A DNA stretch of 64,000 nucleotides, from NCBI GenBank assembly GCA_044222185.1, contig JBGANV010000003.1, positions 544,001-608,000 on the forward strand, given 5' to 3'. Shown here piece by piece: positions 1 through 9,291 of the stretch (position 1 is its first letter; each line of letters opens with the position of its first letter). The position numbers and the translations under genes were made by a program. The stretch is from Planctomycetota bacterium. GTDB taxonomy: Bacteria > Planctomycetota > GCA-002687715 > CAIWVZ01. The notes below the pieces were generated by a model, which was not told the origin of the DNA, did no database searches, and worked only from the letters and a program-made list of their open reading frames with translations.

Positions 1-1696
1 TGAGAAGGGCAGTTGCCCCGAGCCAGACCGAATCGCCAAAGCGGACGACGGCCGTCATGCGGTGAGACACGGGAATTCGGCCCAGAAGCACGCCGCGGAC
101 CTGCGTTCGGCGGCCCGCCGCGTCCTCGACGACGGCCATCCGGACGCCGTCCGGAGCGATGAGCGTGCTCACCCCGGAATTCGAGACTCGAAAGAGCGAC
201 CGGCCCGTCTCCACCGCCCGGAAAATCGCCGCCACGTCCACCAGCTCGAGTTCGGCGGACCCGTCGAACCAGGCGTCGTTGCTCATGTTGACGTGGAAAT
301 CCGCGCCAGCCCGAACGCTCTCCCGGAAGAACCTCGGGAACACGATCTCGAAGCAGATCGTCGGGCTTGCCCGTACCGGGCCCGCAGGCCCGGGAACGTC
401 GAACACCATCGTCTCGGCACCGCCGGTCAGGTCGGGGATGTAGCCGGCCACATCCTTCACGAGCTGAAGGAGGCCGTCGTGCCCGGCCATGCCGGCCGGA
501 AGGGGCACGTACTCCCCGAACGGGCACAGCAGCCGCTTCGCGTACACCTCGCCCGTGGGCTTGCCGCCCCGAACGACCCAGGCGACGTTCCGCTCGACGA
601 TCCCGTTGCGGTCGTCATCTCGCCCGACGACGCCGGGTCCGAGCCTCGCCCCGCGGATGAGCCCCAGGAGCGTCACCTGCCCGTCGCCGTGCAGCACCAT
701 CCGCTCGAATGGGATCGGAGGCTTCCCCGAGTCGGGCTCCAGGAGGACCTGCGTCAGCCGTCGATCGAGCGTCTCGTCCGGCTCCAGGATGCTCGGCGAG
801 AAGCTCGTTTCCGGCCAGACGATCATGTCGGGACGCGCTCCACCGGCCTCGGCCATCAACGCCGCCATGTTGTCCATGTGGCGGTAGAGCCGCCGGTGGG
901 ACTCGAGCCTCCGGCGCCGCTGCTCGGCCGCCACGGCGACCGGATCCTTGGGATCCACGGGAACGGCGGCAGGGTCGAGCCTCTCGATCTGGGGGATGTT
1001 GGGCTGCAAGCCTGCAACCAAGGGGCCCGGTTCGAACTCCCGCGGCCGGATCGCCATGCCGAGGATCTGCGCCGCCGCGATCACCACCCCGGCGAGGATC
1101 ACCGGCCGCACCCACCGGCGCTCCCCCACCGAGGCCCTGGCCCGCCATCGGATCCACGCCTGCGCCACCAGGGAATTCACCGTGACGACCACGAGCCCGA
1201 TCAGGTGGACGCGCCCGAGCGACGCCAGCTGGATCAGGTCCGTCCAGCCCGCCTGCGGATAACCCAGCGATCCCCACGTGAGCCCGTCCAGGCAGGTATC
1301 CCGCAGGACCTCCACCAGGACGATGATCAAAGGATCGGTCAGCGCAGGCGAGCCCCCACTGCGGGTGCGCGTCCACCAGATGGCGCGCCCCGTGAGCCAC
1401 GAAAACGGCACGCCCAGCACCGGAACGGCGAACACGAGCGGTGGTGCCACCGTTCCGACCCACGCCAGCAGGCAGACGTGGAGGAAGAACTGTCCGATCA
1501 CCCATTGGAGCCCGAATCGGCGCGCGCCGAGGTCGGCGCACGACCGCACCATCCACGGGACGAGGGCGATCCAGGAAAGCGGCCACAGGTTCAGCGGATG
1601 GAAGCTCGCCGCCCACAGCCCGATCGACGCGAGCATCCATGCGAGGTCGACCCAGAACACCCGGCGGGATGGCTTCGCGGGGGTTTCACGGCTCAC
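1..1696 (-). CDS. lnt: Apolipoprotein N-acyltransferase (3' end runs off the left edge; not in the ORF track)
   Basis: Manual minus-strand translation from GTG at 1696 (MSRETPAKPSRRVFWVDLAWML...). Multi-TM N-terminus and Lnt motifs LQPNIPQ, IVWPET, ICFEIVFP, NMSNDAWF, RAVETGRSLFRVSNSGVS. The frame is still open at base 1. Confidence 0.92.
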   Translation of the reverse strand, partial: MSRETPAKPSRRVFWVDLAWMLASIGLWAASFHPLNLWPLSWIALVPWMVRSCADLGARRFGLQWVIGQFFLHVCLLAWVGTVAPPLVFAVPVLGVPFSWLTGRAIWWTRTRSGGSPALTDPLIIVLVEVLRDTCLDGLTWGSLGYPQAGWTDLIQLASLGRVHLIGLVVVTVNSLVAQAWIRWRARASVGERRWVRPVILAGVVIAAAQILGMAIRPREFEPGPLVAGLQPNIPQIERLDPAAVPVDPKDPVAVAAEQRRRRLESHRRLYRHMDNMAALMAEAGGARPDMIVWPETSFSPSILEPDETLDRRLTQVLLEPDSGKPPIPFERMVLHGDGQVTLLGLIRGARLGPGVVGRDDDRNGIVERNVAWVVRGGKPTGEVYAKRLLCPFGEYVPLPAGMAGHDGLLQLVKDVAGYIPDLTGGAETMVFDVPGPAGPVRASPTICFEIVFPRFFRESVRAGADFHVNMSNDAWFDGSAELELVDVAAIFRAVETGRSLFRVSNSGVSTLIAPDGVRMAVVEDAAGRRTQVRGVLLGRIPVSHRMTAVVRFGDSVWLGATALL

Positions 1697-2957
1697 GGGA
1701 GACCAGTCTTCTCGGGCGGAGCGCTCGGTTGGCGAGCCGCTCCACCAAGACGCGGTCGCCGGGCCGGGGTGCCGGCCCGGAGCTCTCGACGACGATCAGG
1801 CCGTTGGCATCGACGACACCGCGCAAGTCCGCCGACCCGTGCCAGACGAGCGGCTTGACCGAAAGGCCACCTTCGCCTGCCACGACGACGGCAGGGACGT
1901 GCTGCGTGCGGGCGATCACCTTGATCTCACGATCGTGATCGAGCGTCGCCCAGAGCCGCTCCGCTTCCACGTCCGAACGCCCGAGGCACGCCAGGAGGTA
2001 GGGCCGAACGAACAATTCGAACGTGACGAAGGACGACACGGGATTGCCGGGCAGCCCGAAGACCGTGCAGCGCGAACCGTCGCCGCGGGAAACCGTGCCG
2101 AAGAGCAGGGGTTTCCCTGGCTTGATGCTCACCTTCTCGACCTTGACCTGCAGACCCCGCGCCTTCAGCTCGACGCCGACCAGGTCGAGATCGCCCATGG
2201 AGACGCCGCCGGAGAGGATCAGGACGTCATGGCCCAGCCCGACGTCCAGGAACTCGCGGAGGCTCTCGCGGGTGTCCCGCGCGATCCCCGGGCGGAACAC
2301 GCGCAGAGCGCTGGAGACCTGGCGGACCTGCAGGTCGAGCAGGATGCCGTTGGATTCCCGGATCTGGCCGGGGCCGGGGGCCGGTCCCATCGGCGGGACC
2401 AGCTCGTCTCCCGTGGGAATCACGCAGACCGTCGGCGGACGGTAGGTCGGGACGGGGTCGACGCCGACGGAGGCGAGCAGCGAGAGCGCCGCAGCGTCCA
2501 GCTCGACCCCGGCGCGGACGACCACGTCCCCCCTGCGAACGTCCTCGCCCAGCCGGCAGACGTTCTGCCAGGGGTTCACCGATCGCCGGAGCTCGACGGT
2601 TCGCCCGTCGGCCGAGAGCGTCGAATCCTCGACCATCACCACGGCGTCCGCTCCCGGGGGAAGCGGTGCGCCCGTCATGATCTTCCAGGTCTCGCCAGCG
2701 GTCAGCGGGGCCGGCGGCGTCTGTCCGGCATGGATCGCACCGCGAACGACGAGCGCCGCAGGGACCTTCGCGACGTCCGCCGCGCGCACTGCCCACCCGT
2801 CCATGGACGATTTCTCGAACGGCGGCATGTCCACGTCCGCGACGGCATCGCGGGCGAGCACGCGCCCGAAGGCGAGGCCCATGGGCACCTCGTCGACGGA
2901 CCGGGTGGCGGGCGCTTCCCCAAGGATGATTCGAAGCGCCGAAGCCTTGTCGAGCAC
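1686..2957 (-). CDS. moeA: Molybdopterin molybdotransferase MoeA (gephyrin-like)
   Basis: Motifs PPFEKSSMDGWAV, IMTGAPLPPGADAVVMVED, TGDEL, IRESN, SGGVSMGDLD, IKPGKP, GLPGNPVS. Confidence 0.95.
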   Translation of the reverse strand: MLDKASALRIILGEAPATRSVDEVPMGLAFGRVLARDAVADVDMPPFEKSSMDGWAVRAADVAKVPAALVVRGAIHAGQTPPAPLTAGETWKIMTGAPLPPGADAVVMVEDSTLSADGRTVELRRSVNPWQNVCRLGEDVRRGDVVVRAGVELDAAALSLLASVGVDPVPTYRPPTVCVIPTGDELVPPMGPAPGPGQIRESNGILLDLQVRQVSSALRVFRPGIARDTRESLREFLDVGLGHDVLILSGGVSMGDLDLVGVELKARGLQVKVEKVSIKPGKPLLFGTVSRGDGSRCTVFGLPGNPVSSFVTFELFVRPYLLACLGRSDVEAERLWATLDHDREIKVIARTQHVPAVVVAGEGGLSVKPLVWHGSADLRGVVDANGLIVVESSGPAPRPGDRVLVERLANRALRPRRLVSREP

Positions 2958-2958
2958 G

Positions 2959-4290
2959 TCAGATCTCCACGATCGGCGAGGCCGGATCGATCACATCCAT
3001 GAACGCCGACACGCTGAACACGGCGCGCCCCACCCCCGCGGGTCCATAGCCGGAGGGCGCAGGCACCCCGAGGCGATGGTGGGTGTCGCGCCAGAGTCGG
3101 AGGAGCCCCACGTGATATTCGAGCGGGGCGGGCCCGTTGGTGGCGCCGAGCTCCGACAGGGGCTCGGGGCACCAGGTCGTGAACCGCGGCATCACGCCGT
3201 GCCGCATGAAGAAGTCGAGCCCTTCGCCCGTCGATGCAAGCGCCTCGGCGATGGTCGCGAACCCGTAGGGCCTGGAGAGCTCGATCCCCGCGACGAAGTT
3301 CGGGATGACGCGCCACGGTCCGAACACGTCCACCGAGTCGATGATCCGCCGGATCCAGGTGTCGCGTCCCACGTAGCGAGCCTTCCCGGGGCAGATGCGT
3401 TCGAACTTCTCCTTGTCCCAGATCTCGTAATTCGGGTGGTAGATGCGGATCCCGGCGGCGCGGATCCGTCGCAGGTCCGACACCGGGAGGGCCTGAACGA
3501 CCATCTTCCCGATCCAGCGGCGGGGGAATTCGGCTTCGATGGCCTCCGCGTACCGGACGTAGAAGGACGCCTCATCCAGTCCGTCGAGTGTCGTGGTGAC
3601 ACTCCCGCCCGTCAGCGTGTAGGCGCCCGGGGTTGCGCCCGAGGCCACGACCCGCCGGAGCGCATCCAGGACGCGCTCGACCGGCTTCACGGGGAAGTAA
3701 GGCCTCCCCTCCTCCCGTTGCTGCCGAAAGTTGTTGTTGATGTCGCAGAACCGGCATTCCTCCTCGCGGCCGAAGTACTGGCACACGCGAAAGACGGTGA
3801 GGTAGAGCAGGTATCCCCACTCGATCGAGGGCGCCACCTCGGTGATCGGGGTGCCGTCCGTCGTGGTCTGACCGTAGTAGGGCGGCCGCGGAGAGAAGCC
3901 CACCTCCGCCACGGGCACGCCGTCGCCAAAGAGCATCGCCTTGCCGTCCGGTCCCACGTCGACCTTCCAGGGGCTCGAGGGGTTCAGCCGGACGGACACC
4001 ACCACGCGGCGGAACCCCCAGGGCCCGCCGGAGAGCGAGATCTCCTCCGGCGCGCGGTCGCGCTCCACGCCCTCCATGTCCTTCAGCGGCTCGTGGTCGA
4101 ACGAGAAGATGAAATACGACTTGCGGGCATAGTCCGCGCTCGTTTCGAGCGCCGCCGCCTCGAGCCAGACGCCGCGGCGCAGCACGTCCTCCTTGACGAC
4201 CGCTTCGCGCGGGATGTCGGGGAAGGTGGCATGGACGGCTTCGATCTCGCGAAGGACCGCGCCGTCCGTGGTCGCCGGCGGACGATTCAT
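2959..4290 (-). CDS. Radical SAM protein (biotin-synthase-related type) with CX8CX2C motif
   Basis: VCQYFGREEECRFCDIN cysteine motif and TLTGGS motif. Likely start is ATG at 4290 (MNRPPATT); the ORF track extends to 4437. Confidence 0.8.
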   Translation of the reverse strand: MNRPPATTDGAVLREIEAVHATFPDIPREAVVKEDVLRRGVWLEAAALETSADYARKSYFIFSFDHEPLKDMEGVERDRAPEEISLSGGPWGFRRVVVSVRLNPSSPWKVDVGPDGKAMLFGDGVPVAEVGFSPRPPYYGQTTTDGTPITEVAPSIEWGYLLYLTVFRVCQYFGREEECRFCDINNNFRQQREEGRPYFPVKPVERVLDALRRVVASGATPGAYTLTGGSVTTTLDGLDEASFYVRYAEAIEAEFPRRWIGKMVVQALPVSDLRRIRAAGIRIYHPNYEIWDKEKFERICPGKARYVGRDTWIRRIIDSVDVFGPWRVIPNFVAGIELSRPYGFATIAEALASTGEGLDFFMRHGVMPRFTTWCPEPLSELGATNGPAPLEYHVGLLRLWRDTHHRLGVPAPSGYGPAGVGRAVFSVSAFMDVIDPASPIVEI

Positions 4291-4451
4291 GGCGCCGATG
4301 ATCCCATCCGCGTCCTGCGTCGCAAAGATGCGCGATTCGCGCCGAATCCGGCCGGACGCCGTGCGCCCGCGGCACGAGCCGTCGATGCTACGATCCCCGC
4401 CTCGCTGCGCCGCCGAACCCTGGCGGCGCCAGACCAACCGGAGCCCGACAC

Positions 4452-5756
4452 TTGCGCCCGACCTCGCCGTGCCTTCTCCTGGCCTTCCTCGTCGGCTTGC
4501 TCGCCTGCGGCGGCTGCCTCGACTTCGGCAAGAAGAAGGAGGAGAAGAAGGAGACGGCTCCCGAGGTGCCGCTCATCCGACCGGCGCCCCTCGCCCGCCG
4601 CACCCTCAACAGGACCATCGAGATCACCGGTGAGGTGGAGGCGTTGAGCCGGGTCGAGGTCACGCCGCGCCTGGGGGGCGTCCAGGTCCTCGCACTGAAG
4701 GCCGACCTCGGCGATACGGTCAAGATCGGGGATGAACTCGCCCTGCTCGACGGCATCGACATGCAGATCGAGCGCGACGACGCGCGGGTCGTAGCCGCCG
4801 AGTGCCAGGTCCGCACCTCCGACGCGGCCCTCGCGGTCAAGGAGCTGGAGGCCCAGCTTCGGGGCCAGAGGCTCTCGACGGAGCAGGCCCGCAAGGCCGT
4901 CGATCGCGCCAAGGCCCAGGCCGAGAAGGGCGCCATCGCCCAGGAGCAGCTCGATTCGGCGCAGTCGAAATACGACACCGAGAAGGCCGGCGAGGAGCGG
5001 CTCGCCGTGCAGATCGAGAAGAGTCGCGTCGCCGAGGAGCTCGCCCGCAAGGCGGCGGAGAAGGCGGCGCTTTCCTTGTCGAAAGCGGAGCGGAACGTCC
5101 AATGGGCGTCGGTGAAGGCGCCCATCTCCGGGATCATCTCCAAGCGTCCCGGGAAACTCGGGCAGCAGACCGTGGCGGGGCAGCCGCTGTTCGAGATCTT
5201 CGACCCCACGACCACGTCCGTCACGGCTCAGATCACGCAGCGCGATCTGCCCCACGTGCGCGCCGGCATGAGGGTCGAGCTTCGCACCGACGCCCTCCCG
5301 AACGAGGTGTTCGATTCGGAGGTGACGATCGTGTCCCCCGTCATCGATCCGCAGGCGGGGACGGTGCCCATTCGCATCTCCGTGAAGGATCCGGCCAAGC
5401 TGAAGCCCGGTCTCTTCGTCTCGGGCCGCATCGTCGTCGAGGCGAAACCCAACGTGCTCGTCGCGCCGAAGAAGGCCGTGCTCTACGAACGCGAGCGGCC
5501 CTACGTCTTCAAACTCGAGTCGGCGCCCGGCGGCACGCTCCGGGTGAACCGCGTGTTCTTCCGCGAAGGGCTCTCGGGCCGCGACGAGGTGGAGATGATC
5601 TTCGGCGACGAGAGCGACGGCCGGACGATCGTCGACACGGATCGGATCGTGCTCGTCGGGCAGGATCGGCTGCGAGACGGCGACGTGGTCCAGCTCGAAT
5701 CGCCGTCGAGCCGCCCCTCGGACGCGCCCCAATCGAAGTCGTCGGCGGGCAATTGA
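4452..5756 (+). CDS. RND efflux periplasmic adaptor (membrane fusion protein), probable lipoprotein
   Basis: Signal peptide with Cys (LLACGGC), GDTVKIGDELALLD lipoyl-like motif, long coiled coil, VKAPISGII, LKPGLFV, GQDRLRDGDVV. Confidence 0.92.
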   Translation: MRPTSPCLLLAFLVGLLACGGCLDFGKKKEEKKETAPEVPLIRPAPLARRTLNRTIEITGEVEALSRVEVTPRLGGVQVLALKADLGDTVKIGDELALLDGIDMQIERDDARVVAAECQVRTSDAALAVKELEAQLRGQRLSTEQARKAVDRAKAQAEKGAIAQEQLDSAQSKYDTEKAGEERLAVQIEKSRVAEELARKAAEKAALSLSKAERNVQWASVKAPISGIISKRPGKLGQQTVAGQPLFEIFDPTTTSVTAQITQRDLPHVRAGMRVELRTDALPNEVFDSEVTIVSPVIDPQAGTVPIRISVKDPAKLKPGLFVSGRIVVEAKPNVLVAPKKAVLYERERPYVFKLESAPGGTLRVNRVFFREGLSGRDEVEMIFGDESDGRTIVDTDRIVLVGQDRLRDGDVVQLESPSSRPSDAPQSKSSAGN

Positions 5757-5757
5757 C

Positions 5758-8700
5758 GTGACGGCGCCGAACGCGGAGCCGGGCTCTCCCCTCACGTCCG
5801 ATTCGCCCTCGCCGGCACGGGCCGCGGAGGCCGCGAAGTCGGGCCTCGCCCATTTCGTCGTGAGTCGCCCCGTGGCGGTCACGATGATGGTGCTCGCGGT
5901 CTGCGTGTTCGGCGCTGTGTCGCTGGGGAAGCTCCCGGTCACCCTGCTTCCCGAGCTGAGCTATCCGACGCTCACGGTCCGGACGGACTACCCGGGTGCC
6001 GCGCCGGCGGAGATCGAAGAACTCATCACCAAGCCACTCGAGGAGAACCTCGCGGTCGTCTCCAACCTCACGAGCTACCGCAGCATCTCGCGCGCAGGTT
6101 CGAGCGACGTCATCCTCGAGTTCTCGTGGAACACGCCCATGCAGTTCGCGGTGCAGGACGTGCGCGAGAAGGTGGACCAGCTCCTGCCCCGCCTCCCGCG
6201 AGGCGTCGAGCGGTCGTTGATCCTGCGGTACGACCCCACCTTCGATCCGATCCTCCGAATCGGCCTCTACGGCGACGCCGACCTGTTCCGTCTGCGCTGG
6301 TACGCCGACGAGGAACTGAAGCGACGCCTCGAGAACACGCCCGGCGTCGCCGCCGTGAAGGTGAAGGGTGGATACGAGAAGGAACTCCGGGTCGAGCTCG
6401 ACGAGAAGCTCCTCCGACAGAACAAGATCTCGCTGGAGTCGATCAACCAGCGTTTGCAGCAGGAGAACGTGAACGTCGCCGGCGGCATCCTGCGGGATGG
6501 GGACGTCGAGTACCTCGTCCGCACGCTGAACGAGTTCAGGACGCCGGACGAGATCGGCGCGCTCGTCATCTCCATGCAGGGCGGGCAGCCCGTTCGCCTC
6601 AATCAGCTGGGGCGGATCACGCCCACGAACAAGGAACGCGACGTCATCACGCGCATCGAGGGACGGGAGTCCGTCGAGATCGAGATCTACAAGGAGGCCG
6701 ACGCCAACCTCGTGCAGGTTGGTCAGGCGGTGAAGACGCGGCTGTTCGGAAAGGAATGGCGCAAGGACCTCGTCGATGGCGAGTTCCGGGGCAAACCCGA
6801 GTCCCAGGATGAATCCGAGGGCACCAAGAAGATGGGGCCCGAGCAGGCGAAGCCCATCGCCGCACTGATGCCCGCCGAGATGAAGCTGAAAGTCCTCGGC
6901 GACAGCTCCGTCTTCATCGAACAGAGCCTGGCGGAGGTGCGGGACAACGCGCTGCAGGGAGCCGTCCTCGCGATTCTCGTGCTCTACGCCTTTCTCCGCC
7001 GCTTCAAGCCCACCTTCATCATCGCGATCTCGATCCCGATCTCGATCCTGGCCACGTTCGCGCCGCTCTACCTGATGGGCGTGAGCCTCAACATCATGTC
7101 GCTCGGCGGGCTCGCGCTGGGCGTCGGCATGCTGGTCGACAACTCCATCGTCGTGCTCGAGGCCGTCACGCGCAGACGAGAACTCGGCGAGAGCGTTTTC
7201 GCCGCGGCCGTCAACGGCACGCAGGAGATGGCCGTGTCCGTCTGGGGGTCGACGCTCACGACCATCGTCGTCTTCCTGCCGATCGTCTTCGTGGAGGGCG
7301 TGTCGGGGCAGATGTTCCACGACCAGGCGCTGGCGATCGTCTTCAGCCTGGCGGCATCGCTGGTGGCGGCGATCGTCCTCGTCCCCATGCTCGCGAGCCT
7401 GGGCGCAGGGTTCGGCCGCACGACCGCGGCGGGTACCACGACGCGGCTGGGCGCTCTCGCGAAGGTGGCTGGCGTGGACGGCTCCCCGTGGATCTCGTGG
7501 CGCCAGCTCGCCATCGCGCCAGGTACTTCCGCATTCAATCTTCTTTGGAAGGTGCCGCTCGCGGTCACGCAGGTTCCCGTCGAGCTCGCCGGCCGCGCGC
7601 TGGCGACCGTGTCGCTCGTGGTGATCGGCCTCGTCGCCGGCGTCGTCGGCGGAGCGGGCTGGTTGATCAGCAAGGTGTGCTGGCCTCTGCTGTGGCTCTT
7701 CGAGAAGTCGTTCAACGGCTTCCAGTCGTTCCTGTCGTGGCTCCTTCGCGTGGCGCTGAAGGCCCGCTTCCTGACCACGCTGATCGTCCTCGGGCTGTCG
7801 TACGCCGCGTTTCGTGAAGCCGTCGGCCTGAAGGAAGACCTGATCCCGCCGGTCCACCAGGGCCTCTTCTACATCGAGTGTCAGCTGGACGTGGGAACGT
7901 CCGTCGACCAGACGGATGAGCGCACGAAGGACCTCGCGAACATCGTTCGCGATGCGATCACGCGCGAAGGCATCCAGATCGCCAGCATCTCGTCGGCCGT
8001 GGGCGTGCCTCGAGACGCCATCGCGAAGCCGGGCGACGGCTCGCACACGTCGCGGCTCTACGTCCAGCTCCGGACGGGCGCCGAACTCTCCGCCGTCGAA
8101 GAGCGCGCACGCACCGCGGCGCGCCACGCCCTGGAGCGCGTGACGGGGATCGGCGTCCCCGTGATCGACGCGCCGCAGATCGTCCAGACCCGCTCGCGCC
8201 TCGAGGTCGAGCTCGTGGGCACGGAGACGAACAGCCTGCGCGACGCCACCTCGCTGCTCGAGCGGGCCGTCGAGCAGGTCCCGGGTGTCATCGGTGCGCG
8301 CAGCACCGTGCGGCGCGGCCGCCCCGAGATCACGATCCGCTATGACCGCGAGGCGCTCGCCCGCTACGACCTTCGCCTCGCCGACGTCGCGGGCACGATC
8401 CGCAACAAGATCCAGGGCGTCGTCGCCACGCGCTTCACGGAGCACGAGCGCAAGATCGACGTCGTCACGCGCCTGCCGAAGGACGACCTGACGTCCGTCG
8501 CCACGCTCACGAACCTCCAGATCAACCCGGGACGCACACCGCCGATCCCGCTCTCCGCCGTGGCGCAGATCGACGTCGCGGACGGCCCCGCCGAGATCCG
8601 CCACGTGGGTGGACGCCGCGCCGAGATCATCGCGGCCGACCTCACGGGCATGGACCTGCGGGGGGCGGGGCGCGAGATCGAGCGTCGCGCGAGTGAGCTC

Positions 8701-9291
8701 CGCCGTGAGAACCCGGCGACGTTCAAGTCCGTCGTGAGCCGCGTGGCGGGGCAGGTCGAGGAGTCGGCCCGCTCGACGGACAGCCTGCTTTTCGCGCTCT
8801 ACCTCGCAATCTTCCTCGTCTACCTGGTGATGGCCGCGCAGTTCGAATCACTCGTCCACCCGTTCGTGATCATGTTCACGATCCCGCTGGCGCTCATCGG
8901 CGTCGTGTACGCGCTCCTGTGGACGAAGACGCCGATCTCCGTGATGGCGTACATCGGCGTGATCCTTCTGGCGGGGATCGTGGTGAACAACGCCATCATC
9001 CTCGTCGACACGGTCAATCGACTGCGGCGCGACGGGTGGATGCGCAACGACGCGCTCATCGAAGCCGCGAAGATCCGCCTGCGTCCAATCGCCATGACGA
9101 CGGGAACGACGGTCCTGGGACTCGTTCCGCTTGCGCTGGGGCTCGGCGAGGGCGCCGAGATCCGCCAACCCATGGCGATCGTCGTCATCGCCGGCCTGAC
9201 GTCGAGCACGTTGCTGACGCTCGTCGTCATCCCCGTCGTCTATTCGTTCTTCTCTCGTTCGGGTCCCATCAAGTCGGAGGCGCCGGCATGA
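5758..9291 (+). CDS. AcrB/AcrD/AcrF family RND permease, subunit 1
   Basis: RPVAVTM, LPVTLLPELSYP, GMLVDNSIVVLE, GIVVNNAIILVD, RLRPIAMTT, LLTLVVIPVVY. Confidence 0.95.
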   Translation: MTAPNAEPGSPLTSDSPSPARAAEAAKSGLAHFVVSRPVAVTMMVLAVCVFGAVSLGKLPVTLLPELSYPTLTVRTDYPGAAPAEIEELITKPLEENLAVVSNLTSYRSISRAGSSDVILEFSWNTPMQFAVQDVREKVDQLLPRLPRGVERSLILRYDPTFDPILRIGLYGDADLFRLRWYADEELKRRLENTPGVAAVKVKGGYEKELRVELDEKLLRQNKISLESINQRLQQENVNVAGGILRDGDVEYLVRTLNEFRTPDEIGALVISMQGGQPVRLNQLGRITPTNKERDVITRIEGRESVEIEIYKEADANLVQVGQAVKTRLFGKEWRKDLVDGEFRGKPESQDESEGTKKMGPEQAKPIAALMPAEMKLKVLGDSSVFIEQSLAEVRDNALQGAVLAILVLYAFLRRFKPTFIIAISIPISILATFAPLYLMGVSLNIMSLGGLALGVGMLVDNSIVVLEAVTRRRELGESVFAAAVNGTQEMAVSVWGSTLTTIVVFLPIVFVEGVSGQMFHDQALAIVFSLAASLVAAIVLVPMLASLGAGFGRTTAAGTTTRLGALAKVAGVDGSPWISWRQLAIAPGTSAFNLLWKVPLAVTQVPVELAGRALATVSLVVIGLVAGVVGGAGWLISKVCWPLLWLFEKSFNGFQSFLSWLLRVALKARFLTTLIVLGLSYAAFREAVGLKEDLIPPVHQGLFYIECQLDVGTSVDQTDERTKDLANIVRDAITREGIQIASISSAVGVPRDAIAKPGDGSHTSRLYVQLRTGAELSAVEERARTAARHALERVTGIGVPVIDAPQIVQTRSRLEVELVGTETNSLRDATSLLERAVEQVPGVIGARSTVRRGRPEITIRYDREALARYDLRLADVAGTIRNKIQGVVATRFTEHERKIDVVTRLPKDDLTSVATLTNLQINPGRTPPIPLSAVAQIDVADGPAEIRHVGGRRAEIIAADLTGMDLRGAGREIERRASELRRENPATFKSVVSRVAGQVEESARSTDSLLFALYLAIFLVYLVMAAQFESLVHPFVIMFTIPLALIGVVYALLWTKTPISVMAYIGVILLAGIVVNNAIILVDTVNRLRRDGWMRNDALIEAAKIRLRPIAMTTGTTVLGLVPLALGLGEGAEIRQPMAIVVIAGLTSSTLLTLVVIPVVYSFFSRSGPIKSEAPA

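Noticed and set aside
62-1858. 598-aa plus-strand ORF, and similar long ORFs such as 5509-8604, 20109-22796 and 34426-38160
   Set aside because: Antisense shadow frames of real genes in high-GC DNA; Arg/Pro/Gly-rich with no recognisable motifs. The real gene here is lnt on the minus strand.
2959-4290. Calling the radical SAM gene moaA because it abuts moeA
   Set aside because: It lacks MoaA's CX3CX2C spacing, C-terminal cluster cysteines and GG C-terminus.
8919-9287. Extended 5' ends in the ORF track (also oah, bcrC, ribH, nusB, groEL, pdxA)
   Set aside because: They overlap upstream genes or lack homology; downstream starts with an RBS or stop/start coupling fit better.
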